NCBI GenBank assembly: GCA_964016885.1
Contig: OZ024758.1
Location: 15,500,001-15,564,000 of the forward strand
Origin: Eledone cirrhosa
Lineage: Eukaryota
Length of the DNA stretch: 64,000 bases
Direction: 5' to 3'
In this document: positions 41,826 to 52,986 of the stretch, piece by piece
How the letters are laid out: the number at the start of each line of letters is the position of its first letter
Numbering within the stretch: position 1 is the first letter of the stretch
Program-made: the position numbers and the translations under genes
The notes under the pieces: generated by a model
What the model was told of the DNA's origin: nothing
The model's input: the letters and a program-made list of their open reading frames with translations, nothing else
Databases searched by the model: none

Positions 41826-42051
41826 TTAACCCTTTAGCATTTAAACCAGCCATATCCGGCCAGAATTCTCTCAACTCTTTCTGTTCAAACCGGCTGTAAC
41901 TGGCTGCTCATACTGATGTTAAGGTATTCTTCTCAAAATAAATATAACAATCTCATAGATTTGATATTATGTGAGATAATTATGTGAGGTGAAGCCTTTA
42001 CCATGAAAATACAATAGTATATACAGAGTAATGTAAATGGTAAAGGGTTAA
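41826..42051 (-). mobile_element. piggyBac-type MITE (representative copy)
   Basis: TTAA-CCCTTTAGCATTTA ... TAAATGGTAAAGGG-TTAA terminal inverted repeats with TTAA target; other full or partial copies near 615, 2550, 2880, 4181, 8965, 34146, 40457 and 49270. Confidence 0.8.
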
Positions 42052-42519
42052 AACTTAAATCTGGTCTAGTTTGTGTGGTTGACTAATTTACTTTACATAT
42101 TAGTTGCCTTAGGCAAGGCATAGTAACCATTCAGTCCCTCCCCCCTCCAGCAGGGATGCAACACAAAGGAGTCAAATTTCATAAACCTGTATATGTCCTG
42201 TGAGTATAGAGACATTGAAGTTGACAGACAAGAACAAGCTGTTGTATTGGCAAGAAGGGGGACATTGTGGCTGAGCAGATGATAATCTGTTTTGACAATG
42301 TATAGGTTTCATTGGATTGGCAGTATCGGTAGAGGGTCGGACGCCATGCTTTGAAGCATAGAGTTGCGTCCCTTTATGATCTGAGTTCAAATCCCGCCGA
42401 GGTTAACTTTGCCTTTCATCCTTACGGGGTCGATAAAATAAAGTACCAGTAATGTACTGGGTAATTGCTGGCCTTGTGCCAAAAGTAGAAACAATTATCA
42501 TTTTACATCATGTTCCCAC

Positions 42520-43538
42520 AACTGGTGCAACCAGTCATTGGGGTGCCACTCTAGATGTGCCACTGGTACAGTCAGTCGTTAGGATGCCACTCTAGATGTG
42601 CCAATCGTTGGAGGTGCCACTCTAGATGTGCCACTGGTGCAGCCAGTCGTTAGGGTGCCACTGGTGCAGCCAATCGTTGGAGGTGCCACTCTAGATGTGC
42701 CACTGGTACAGCCAGTCGTTAGGGTGCCACTCTAGATGTGCCACTGGTGCAGCCAGTCGTTAGGGTGCCACTGGTGCAGCCAATCGTTGGAGGTGCCACT
42801 CTAGATGTGCCACTGGTGCAGTCACTCGGGGTGCCACTCTAGATGTGCCACTGGTGCAGCCAGTCGTTAGGGTGCCACTCTAGATGTGCCACTGGTACAG
42901 CCAGTCGTTAGGGTGCCACTCTAGATGTGCCACTGGTGCAGCCAATCGTTGGAGGTGCCACTCTAGATGTGCCACTGGTACAGCCACTCGGGGTGCCACT
43001 CTAGATGTGCCACTGGTGCAGCCAGTCGTTTAGGGTGCCACTCTAGATGTGCCACTGGTGCAGCCAATCGGGGTGCCACTCTAGATGTGCCACTGGTGCA
43101 GCCAATCGTTGGAGGTGCCACTCTAGATGTGCCACTGGTACAGCCAGTCGTTGGGGTGCCACTCTAGATGTGCCACTGGTACAGCCAGTCGTTGGGGTGC
43201 CACTCTAGATGTGCCACTGGTGCAGCCAATCGTTGGAGGTGCCACTCTAGATGTGCCACTGGTACAGCCAATCGTTGGAGGTGCCACTCTAGATGTGCCA
43301 CTGGTACAGCCACTCGCGGTGCCACTCTAGATGTGCCATTGGTACAGCCAGTCGTTGGGGTGCCACTCTAGATGTGCTACTGCTACAGCCAGTCGTTAGG
43401 GTGGGGTGCCACTCTAGATGTGCCACTGGTACAGCCAGTCGGGGTGCCACTCTAGATGTGCCACTGGTGCAGCCAGTCGTTAGGTTGTCACTCTAGATGT
43501 GCCACTGGTGCAGCCAGTCGTTAGGTTGTCACTCTAGA
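42520..43538. repeat. ~41-bp minisatellite just upstream of the MARVEL ATG exon
   Basis: Unit gtgccactctagatgtgccactggt(a/g)cagccagtcgttagg, about 25 copies. Confidence 0.92.
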
Positions 43539-43540
43539 TA

Positions 43541-43633
<93 letters not shown>

Positions 43634-43806
43634 ATATGTAACGTCAAGGGTTTCTGTAGAAAACAAAGGAAAAAGAGTGCTCTACGTTAAATACAGAGAG
43701 CCAAAACATTAAAAATCATTTCTCAAAGGTAAAGTTAACCTTTTTGTTATAAATCCGTATATTTAAATCTGTTATTTTATATATTTCAGCTTCATCATCA
43801 TCAGCA

Positions 43807-43929
43807 ATGTCGTCTGCTGGCTATGGAACTATACCAAAACAGAGTGGAGGGACCAACCTGAATATTTCAGGAAGAATAGATTTGTCTTATTTAATGTCCC
43901 AACGTGGTGTTTTGAAAGTGCTACAGATA
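43807..43929 (+). CDS. MARVEL-domain membrane protein (CMTM/plasmolipin-like), coding exon 1
   Basis: tttcag acceptor at 43787-43789, ATG at 43807, MSSAGYG...DLSYLMSQRGVLKVLQI (family-typical YL...G.LK..QI motif), ata|gtaagt donor. Confidence 0.85.
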
Positions 43930-44514
43930 GTAAGTATCTTTCCAAAATAACAAAAATTTTCCTGACTAAAGCAATTCTTAATGAAGCTTGTAGGCTGGCC
44001 TCATAACAAGCGCTTTCAACACATGACCATGCCATCTCATTTCATTTCTTATAAACTTTTATTTCCGTACAGCTAATATATAAGATTAAATATTTAGAGA
44101 CGAAGGAAAGAAAGAAAAATGAGTAAGGTAGGAAAGTAAGGCAGCAAAAGAACAGGGTAGGAAAAGACACAAAAAGAAATATATATATATATATATAGTA
44201 ATAATAATAAATGTGAAGACTAAAAACCAAAGAGGGCTCGATAAGGATTATATATATATATATATATATACCCGTAGAGCAAATATTTATTATAAGAACA
44301 GATTAAGGAGGCCGTGTAGGAGACACGGTGAAAAGGCTTTTAGTTCACACTGTAAATGTGGTTGGTATTAGGAAGGGCATCCAGTTGTAAAAAAAACCTG
44401 CCAGAGACGCTTCCGTGCGAGCGAGACATGGTCTCCCTACCATTCCCACATCAAATGGAACAAAACCGTCTAACCCATGCTAGCGTGGAAGATAAACGTT
44501 AAACGATGATGATG

Positions 44515-44550
<36 letters not shown>

Positions 44551-44623
44551 ATATATGATATATGTTCAAAAGGAAAAAAAAACACACAACTTGGACCACA
44601 TCCATCGAAAGGCAAGTGAAAGG

Positions 44624-44981
44624 CAGACCTGTCAACACTCCTCATCCGAGGGGGAGATCTCCCACCCATTTTCGGGTGAGTGAGAGAGATGTCTTCTCTT
44701 GTGAAAATGGGTGTAGTTTTGCCTCATTTCCCCCCATTTTGGGGCACTTTTTTTCATGGTACACCGCGTTTCGGTTTTTAGAGGTTGGCAGGTGTGGAAA
44801 GTAGTGGACAAACGAACCGCAGCGTTAACTCTCTTCCCAATATAGAATAGCTACACTGTAACTCCAGATCTGCCAGATTTTATATAATGAAACCTATATC
44901 CATTTTCGCAAGAGAAGACATATCTCACCCACCCCAAAGTGAGTAGATCTCCCCGTCGGACGGGGAGAGTTGACAGGTCTG
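44624..44981. mobile_element. MITE with ~95-bp imperfect TIRs (CAG termini) in the MARVEL intron
   Basis: cagacctgtcaac... and ...gttgacaggtctg, with internal complementarity (atgtcttctcttg/caagagaagacat); no clear TSD. Confidence 0.7.
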
Positions 44982-45944
44982 GTATCTGTGTGTGTTGTAA
45001 GATGTGACTATAAGTGTTAGTGCCATGGAGGGCATCAGGTTGTTAAAATATTGCTTCAACAAACACATTACGATGTGTATGAGTAAATCCTATTTTTCTC
45101 CTAATGGTATAATCATGACTTAAGTCTATAATATAAAATATCTCCTCCTCCTTATATACAGAGGCATAACTAGGGTATGACACGTGCCATGGGCGTCACT
45201 TGAAGATGGGGGCACCACTTGAACTAGGAGCATTTTCTATTAAAGTCAGATAAACTATCGGCGGAGAGCGAGAAAGAAACCTTTTCAATCCGTGTTTCAT
45301 TATCATGGACGAGAAGAAAGACTATGATGGCTGGGTTATTAAACTATTTATACAAATTATTAGGCAATAGATAAAAAAAATTAATGTATTGTTTTCAATT
45401 AAAACATTAACGAACGCGGATGGTATTTTTGAGCCGAGTTTATGGCTATCTGAAAGACGGGTGTCAAATGTTTCACTGCTTATAAAGTTACGTCTCTGCT
45501 TATATAACCAACTAAATAAAAAAGTAATCATATAAAAGGTGAGAAACAGTTTAATGAGTAGTGGAATATTTTAGTAGTATAGTTACAAGACAGGATAACT
45601 CACCATTATTGCGACCACAGTCGAACATTTTTCAACAGAGATTGTTTTAAAGTTGATTTTTTTTTAAACAGGGGGCGCAACTCTTCCTGGGTATAATTCA
45701 GCCTAACATAAAATAAAAGAGTAAAGGCTGTAGGGATGCCATCTTGAAAAATAGTGTGTATTGGACATTTTAAAACTTGGACTGACCCATTCCTTTTCAG
45801 ATCAGAACAATGCTGATTTCTTTTAGAGAAAGAAGAAAGAAAGAGGTAGAGGTAGATAGACAGATAAAAAGAGATATAAAGGTAGATATATTTATATAGA
45901 TATAGATAGATAGATAAAATTGTCGGGCTGGTGTCATGTTTAAA

Positions 45945-47312
45945 ATACACCCAGTACACTCTGTGAAGTGGTAGTGCTGGTGCCACAATAAATTGCACCT
46001 AGTACACTCTGTAAAGTAGTAGTGCTGGTGCCACAATAAAATAAACACCTAGTACGCTCTGTAAAGTAGTAGTGCTGGTGCCACAATAAAATAAACACCT
46101 AGTACACTCTGTAAAGCAGTAGTGCTGGTGCCACAATAAAATAAACACCTAGTACACTCTGTAAAGTTGTTGGGCTTGTGCAACAATAAATTGCACCTAG
46201 TACACTCTGTAAAGCAGTAGTACTGGTGCCACAATAAAATAAACACCTAGTACACTCTGTAAAGTAGTAGTGCTGGTGCCACAATAAAATAAACACCTAG
46301 TACACTCTGTAAAGTAGTAGTGCTGGTGCCACAATAAAATAAACACCTAGTACGCTCTGTAAAGTTGTTGGGCTGGTGCCACAATAAAATAAACACCTAG
46401 TACACTCTGTAAAGTTGTTGGGCTTGTGCAACAATAAATTGCACCTAGTACACTCTGTAAAGCAGTAGTACTGGTGCCACAATAAAATAAACACCTAGTA
46501 CACTCTGTAAAGTAGTAGTGCTGGTGCCACAATAAAATAAACACCTAGTACACTCTGTAAAGTAGTAGTGCTGGTGCCACAATAAAATAAACACCTAGTA
46601 CGCTCTGTAAAGTTGTTGGGCTGGTGCCACAATAAAATAAACACCTAGTACACTCTGTAAAGCAGTAGTGCTGGTGCCACAATAAAATAAACACCTAGTA
46701 CACTCTGTAAAGTTGTTGGGCTTGTGCAACAATAAATTGCACCTAGTACACTCTGTAAAGCAGTAGTACTGGTGCCACAATAAAATAAACACCTAGTACA
46801 CTCTGTAAAGTAGTAGTGCTGGTGCCACAATAAAATAAACACCTAGTACACTCTGTAAAGTAGTAGTGCTGGTGCCACAATAAAATAAACACCTAGTACA
46901 CTCTGTAAAGTAGTAGTGCTGGTGCCACAATAAAATAAACACCCAGTACACTGTAAAGTAGTTGGGCTGGTGCCACAATAAAATAAACACCTAGTACACT
47001 CTGTAAAGTTGTTGGGCTGGTGCCACAATAAAATAAACACCTAGTACACTCTGTAAAGTTGTTGGGCTTGTGCAACAATAAATTGCACCTAGTACACTCT
47101 ATAAAGCAGTAGTGCTGATGCCACAATAAAATAAACACCTAGTACACTCTGTAAAGTAGTAGTGCTGGTGCCACAATAAAATAAACACCTAGTACGCTCT
47201 GTAAAGTAGTAGTGCTGGTGCCACAATAAAATAAACACCTAGTACACTCTGTAAAGTAGTAGTGGTGGTGCCACAATAAAATAAACACCTAGTACACTCT
47301 GTAAAGTTGTTG
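45945..47312. repeat. 48-50-bp tandem array with higher-order periodicity
   Basis: Unit cacctagtacactctgtaaagtagtagtgctggtgccacaataaaataaa; a variant unit (gggcttgtgcaacaataaattg) recurs every 5-6 units; ends in an RTE-type tail. Confidence 0.92.
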
Positions 47313-47429
47313 GCACCAGGAAGGGCTTCCAGCTGTAGAAACTATGTCAAATATAGAACATGAGCAAGACTTGGTTTTCTGACCTGTCTAATCTTTGAAC
47401 AAGCCATGTTAGCATGAGAATTGGATGTT

Positions 47430-48150
47430 AAATGATGATGATGATGATGATGATGATGTGGAGGTGGAGGTGGAGGGGGGGGGGGGGTGTATGCTGATGA
47501 TGAAGTGGAATACGATGGTGATGGTGATGGTGATGATACACACACAGAAACCTGGCTCTAAATTACAGCAACAACGATATAAATACTAGGATGATGATGA
47601 TGATGATGATGATAGTGTTGCTGGTGAGGTAGAGGGTGGTGAAGATGATGATGATGATGATGTTGGTGGTGATAGTGGTGGTGATGATGATGATGATAGT
47701 GTTGGTGGTGAGGTAGAGGGTGGTGATGATGATGATGATGAGGAGGAGGAGGGTGGTGAGGTAGAGGGTGGTGATGATGATGATGAGGAGGAGGAGGGTG
47801 GTGAGGTAGAGGGTGGTGATGATGATGATGAGGAGGTGGGGGGTGGTGAGGTAGAGGGCGGTGGTGGTGATGATGATGAGGAGGAGGAGGGTGGTGAGGT
47901 AGAGGGTGGTGATGATGATGATGATGATGAGGAGGGTGGTGAGGTAGAGGGTGGTGGTGGTGGTGGTGATGATGATGAGAAAGGTGATAACGATAATGAT
48001 GAGGATGATGATGATGATGAGTGTTGGTGGTGGTGATAGTGGTGGCGGTGGTGATGATGATGACAATGATAATAACGATGATAATGATGAGAAAGGTGAC
48101 GATGATGATAATGATGTGGTGATAGTGGTCCCAGTGACAATGATGATGAC
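47430..48150. repeat. (GAT)/(GGT)/(GAG) trinucleotide-derived low-complexity minisatellite
   Basis: Repeated ggtgaggtagagggtggtgatgatg units. Confidence 0.85.
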
Positions 48151-48154
48151 AATA

Positions 48155-48958
48155 ATCGTTTCTAACTTTTGGCACGAGGCCAGCAATCACCCCAGTGTAT
48201 TACTGGTACTTTATTTTATCGACCCCGTAAGGATGAAAGGCAAAGTGAACCTCGGCGGGATTTAGTAATAATAATGGTTTCATTTATTGACCACAAGGGC
48301 CATTTAATAATAATAATAATTGTTTCTACTTTTGGCACCAGGCCAGCAATCACCCCAGTGTATTACTGGTACTTTATTTTATCGACCCCGTAAGGATGAA
48401 AGGCAAAGTGAACCTCGGCGGGATTTAGTAATAATAATGGTTTCATTTATTGACCACAAGGGCCATTTAATAATAATAATAATTGTTTCTACTTTTGGCA
48501 CCAGGCCAGCAATCACCCCAGTGTATTACTGGTACTTTATTTTATCGACCCCGTAAGGATGAAAGGCAAAGTGAACCTCGGCGGGATTTAGTAATAATAA
48601 TGGTTTCATTTATTGACCACAAGGGCCATTTAATAATAATAATAATTGTTTCTACTTTTGGCACCAGGCCAGCAATCACCCCAGTGTATTACTGGTACTT
48701 TATTTTATCGACCCCGTAAGGATGAAAGGCAAAGTTAACCTCGGCGGGATTTAGTAATAATAATGGTTTCATTTATTGACCACAAGGGCCATTTAATAAT
48801 AATAATAATTGTTTCTACTTTTGGCACCAGGCCAGCAATCACCCCAGTGCATTACTGGTACTTTATTTTATCGACCCCGTAAGGATGAAAGGCAAAGTTG
48901 ACCTCGACGGGATTTGAACTCAGAATGGCAAGGGCTGTAATTCTATGCGTCAAAGCAT
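48155..48958 (-). repeat. Five tandem 163-bp units made of the SINE A 3' half plus flank
   Basis: Identical ORFs recur at 163-bp spacing (48320, 48483); the last unit extends into the SINE head. Confidence 0.9.
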
Positions 48959-49052
48959 GTGACAATGATGATGATGATGATGATGATGATGATGGTGGTG
49001 ATGGTGATGGTGATGGTGATGGTGATGATGATGATGTTTATGTTTATTTCAG

Positions 49053-49226
49053 GTGTTCACTTTGATAGCGTTCATCTGTGCTTGTATCAACCCCTGGTGG
49101 ACACGTTGGGGTGGTGCCTGGGTACAGTTTGTTGCTATAGCAGCCTTTGCTTGGAGTCTTCTTTCGTTCTTCTTCCACACCTGTAATGTCTTCAACAACC
49201 AGAATGCTCACCGTTTTCACGTAGCA
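49053..49226 (+). CDS. MARVEL-domain protein, coding exon 2 (TM1-TM2)
   Basis: tttcag acceptor, VFTLIAFICAC...GGAWVQFVAIAAFAWSLLSFFFH...HVA, gca|gtgagt donor, 58 codons. Confidence 0.9.
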
Positions 49227-49509
49227 GTGAGTAGACATTTCTTTCTCTCATTTCTTTCTTGGTTGGTTTTATTTTTATTATTATTTTTTTTTTTTGTTAA
49301 GGTATTGTTCTTAAAATAAATAATATCAAAATCTCGTAGATTTGATATCATGTGAGATAATTATATGAGATGAAGTGTTTACCGTGAAAATATAATAGTA
49401 TATATAGAGTAATGTAAATGCTAAAGGGTTAAATCTTCCAACTACATTGCCCTAACATTCTAACACAATGGTTTCAATTAATAAATGTTTTTTTCTTTAT
49501 AATTTCCAG

Positions 49510-49608
49510 GAAGCCATAGTCTACAGTATATTTACAATATGTTTGTTGTCTGCTGGTATCATTGCTGCAAACAGAGCCTACAGTCGAAGTAGCATAGTAG
49601 CAGCCACA
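49510..49608 (+). CDS. MARVEL-domain protein, coding exon 3 (TM3)
   Basis: ttccag acceptor, EAIVYSIFTICLLSAGIIAANRAYSRSSIVAAT, aca|gtaagt donor, 33 codons. Confidence 0.9.
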
Positions 49609-49967
49609 GTAAGTTTGACATTTTATATTTGCATAGAATTTTACTCCCTTTTTTAGTGTAATAAATAACTGTATATATATATATATATTTGAAAAAAAGG
49701 AAAAGAATGACTTCACTTGTAGTGTAAATAAATTTTATGATTTAATGTTATAATATTATAATATTATGAGTTGGTAGATCCAGTAAGTTCTTTGTTAACT
49801 TTGGTGGGAAGAATTTTAGAGATTCTTGGTTAACTTGGGTTGGAGAACTTTCTGGCATTCGTCTGTCTGTGGCGATTGTCAAACTGAGATCAATATATAT
49901 ATATATATATATTGATTCAAAACTGCACTATTCACAAGTGTTTTTTAACCTTCATATCATGTCTTCC

Positions 49968-50038
49968 TATTTTATCTGATGAAAACACAAATATTATTGC
50001 ATGATGATATTTGTTTTTGAAATGCGCATAATAAAATA
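49968..50038 (+). ncRNA. Minimal type I hammerhead ribozyme, sense strand of the MARVEL last intron
   Basis: UAUUUUAU-CUGAUGA-AAAcACAAAUAUUAU...AUGAUAUUUGUuUUU-GAAAU gcgc AUA-AUAAAAUA; 8-bp stem I, palindromic stem III AUGCGCAU, predicted cleavage after 50030. Confidence 0.88.
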
Positions 50039-50560
50039 CATGGAACTCTTTTAACCATCTTTTGATCTTATATATTATATATATATATATATATATATTT
50101 ATATAAATGTAATCTGAGTTTATCAAATATTAATAATGGTTTCTTATATAGGCACAACGCCAGCAATTTTTGGGGAGGGGAAAGTCAATTAAATCGACCC
50201 CAGTGCTTGACTGGTACTTTATTTTATCGACCCCGTATGGATGAAAGGCAAAGTTAACCTCGGCGGGATTTGAACTCAGATTATAAAGGGCCGTAACTCT
50301 ATGCTGGATAGCATGGCGTCCAACCCTCTATTGATACTGCCAATCCACCGCCCTTTTTCGAATATTAACAATAATATTCGATTCGTTTGCAATTATGCAA
50401 ACAGCCTCTTTAAAGCCATGTCAGTAGAATAAATCTGTCACTCTTGCTGTTGTGTTTACATGCCAACTCAGATTACATTTATTGTATTCAGCCAGGTAGA
50501 GCGATAAACAATTTGTTTGTTATATTTCTATAAATATATATATACAGTTTCAGCCGATAT

Positions 50561-51123
50561 ATATAGGCCATAGTATCAAGAATAAGGACAGGTTGGAAGA
50601 AGTTTAGGGAGCTGCTTCCTCTGTTGATGAAGAAGGGTTTCTCCCTGCGTACGAAAGGCCGGTTGTATGATGCCTGTGTGAGGAGCGCGATGCTGCATGG
50701 TAGTGAGACATGGGCAGCAACTGCAGAGGATATGCAACGGCTGGAGAGAAATGAGGCAAGCATGCTCCGTTGGATGTGCGTGAACGACCCAGCATGGATA
50801 TGTTGAGAGAGAAACTGTGTCTGAGAGGGATAGAATGTAGTATACGGGAGAGGGGACTGAGGTGGTATGGACATGTGATGCACATGGAGGATGACCGATG
50901 GGTGAAGAAGTGCCAGGAAATGCCAGTTGAAGGAAGACATGGTAGAGGTAGACCACGAAAAACATGGGCAGAGGTGGTGAGAACAGACCTCAGATCATTG
51001 AAGCTCACGGTGGAGATGACGATGGACCGTGACGAGTGGAGAGATGCTGTGCTGAATAAGACCCGTCCCACCCTTGCAAGCAGGGAAAAGCGGACGTAAA
51101 ATGATGATGATGATGATGATGAT
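50561..51123 (+). mobile_element. RTE LINE 3' fragment (second subfamily) in the MARVEL intron
   Basis: [20 protein letters not shown], a frameshift, then GLRWYGHVMHMEDDRWVKKC...GRPRKTW; (GAT)n tail. Confidence 0.88.
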
Positions 51124-51452
51124 ATATATCGTATTCCACCTGTTTCTGGTGGGGCTGATAACATTGATAAAACTCAATGTCTCCTGGGAAATATTGTCAC
51201 AGTGAGGTTAGGCATTGTGACCAGTAATTTTTGTAGTAGGTGGCTACCGTATAAGGTTTTCTTAAACAGTGATAATGATGGTGACGATGATACCTTCTTC
51301 CTGCTATTTCAAGCATTAAACTAATATATCCCTTCCATATACTGTACCCTCTGTGTTGTTATTTCTGTTTACCTTTTACACACACTCACACCTAATAATA
51401 TAATAATAACAACAAAATGATTGTGTACAGTGCTCAGGTGTACTACAATATA

Positions 51453-51507
<55 letters not shown>

Positions 51508-51511
<4 letters not shown>

Positions 51512-51905
51512 GGTGTTGGATGCTTAAAGCGTCCGTATGCGGTAGGCCGTTTGAGCACTCGATGCTGTAAAAGAGCAGAGTATAATATCACAGAAAAAAG
51601 GAGAATCAGTGTTGCGATGAATGGAATTTATTGGACATATTACAATCGTTTTTCTGGTGACCAGTTTGAGGCATGATCGATGTGATGATCGAACCTGACT
51701 CTGAAAATCGCAAGGTCCTCAGATACGTCTTGATTCTACGAAGCAGATTTTCCTAATCAAGACGTATCTGAGGACCTTGCAATTTTCAGAGTCAGGTTCG
51801 ATCATCACATCGATCGTGCCTCGAGCTGGTCACCAGAGAAACGATTGTAATATGTCCAATAAATTCCATTTGTCGCAACACTGATTCTCTTTTTTTTCTG
51901 TGATA
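51508..51905 (-). mobile_element. Hammerhead-bearing fold-back element in the MARVEL intron
   Basis: ~150-bp inverted arms at 51586-51735 and 51755-51905, tail actctgc...gcatcgagtgc on the minus strand, (TA)n flanks. Confidence 0.7.
51761..51856 (+). ncRNA. Type I hammerhead-like motif with a 63-nt expanded stem II; the inverted twin at 51634-51729 has GAAA>AAAA
   Basis: GACGUAU-CUGAGGA-(63 nt)-GAAAC gauu GUA-AUAUGUC; 7-bp stem I. Confidence 0.65.
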
Positions 51906-51916
51906 CATATATATAT

Positions 51917-52290
51917 ATCATCATCACCGTTTTACGTCCGTTCTTCCACGCTAGCATGGGTTAGACGGGTTTTTCTGTTGTGTGCAGTGTCTGGTCGGCT
52001 GACCATGCCTTGCTCATACAGGAACTGATCTGGCTTGATTTCTACAGCTGGATGCCCTTCCTAACACCAACCTCATTTATAGTGAGTGCTGGGTGCTTTT
52101 TTGTGGCGCCTACACGTCCACTTTACAGTGTGGGCTGGGTGCTTTTTTGCCGTGGCACCTCCACGACCACCTTGCGGTGGGGGGTGTGGGGGCATATTGT
52201 TTATATGCTTCAGCATGTACCCATGGGAGGTCGGGTACTCTGTATTACTGCGTGACGCCAGAAGTCACGGTCGTGTGTCATTGTCTTTGA
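51917..52290 (-). mobile_element. RTE 3' UTR copy
   Basis: Reverse complement of about 54020-54395. Confidence 0.85.
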
Positions 52291-52547
52291 GATATATATA
52301 TATATAAATATACAAATAATTAAATCAATTTAGCACTGACTTTATCTGTGACAACTTGTCCAACCCTTGCTTGTAGAGAAAGCAGACATTAAATGATGAT
52401 AATGATAAATATATAAATATATATATGTCATCAATTTCATGTCTTTTTTTCAATGATGGTTTTGGTTGAATGGAAATTAATGATGTTTTGATAACACATT
52501 TCTGTTAAAAAATATCCCAACTAAATATTAATTCTATTTTTTTACAG

Positions 52548-52691
52548 ATATTCACCATTATGTCCACTGTTCTCTATGGTGTAGAATCAATTCTGCTATT
52601 TCGTGATTGGTCAGAGAGCCGTAGCTCAAATTCTTCAGCTGAAAGACCACAGGCTACTACATCAGAACCTCCAAGTAACCCCAATGTATAA
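52548..52691 (+). CDS. MARVEL-domain protein, last coding exon (TM4 and C-tail)
   Basis: tttttacag acceptor, IFTIMSTVLYGVESILLFRDW...PSNPNV, TAA at 52689-52691; the four exons join to 179 aa. Confidence 0.9.
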   Translation: MFTIMSTVLYGVESILLFRDWSESRSSNSSAERPQATTSEPPSNPNV

Positions 52692-52732
52692 GTTCCTACA
52701 GTCGAACCTCAGCTTTTCTGTCCCCTTTTTGT

Positions 52733-52738
52733 AATAAA
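52733..52738 (+). terminator. Candidate polyadenylation signal of the MARVEL gene
   Basis: AATAAA about 40 nt after the stop, with further AATAAA copies just downstream; the region is AT-rich so specificity is low. Confidence 0.45.
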
Positions 52739-52842
52739 TATAATAAATTCTCTCAAAAACATTTGAAATAAATTTATACTCGCAATCATATATGATATAT
52801 ATGTCTATTCTTACATATGCCAATTTATCACTCTCTTTTTTA

Positions 52843-52921
52843 TGTATGTGTATATATATACATAGATACATATATATATATATATATAAATACATACATA
52901 CATAGATACATATATATATAA

Positions 52922-52952
<31 letters not shown>

Positions 52953-52953
52953 A

Positions 52954-52986
<33 letters not shown>

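Noticed and set aside
42520-43538. CRISPR-like appearance of the 41-bp array (constant gtgccactctagatgtgccactggt plus a variable part)
   Set aside because: The variable parts are variants of one sequence rather than unique spacers, the context is eukaryotic and there are no cas genes. The same holds for the other tandem arrays.
45160-45690. Possible DNA transposon remnant (cagaggcataactaggg terminus, faint hAT-like peptide)
   Set aside because: No matching opposite TIR or TSD was found and the peptide similarity is weak.
47558-48265. His/Pro-rich and Ser/Pro-rich ORFs
   Set aside because: Trinucleotide low-complexity sequence inside an intron, open in several frames.
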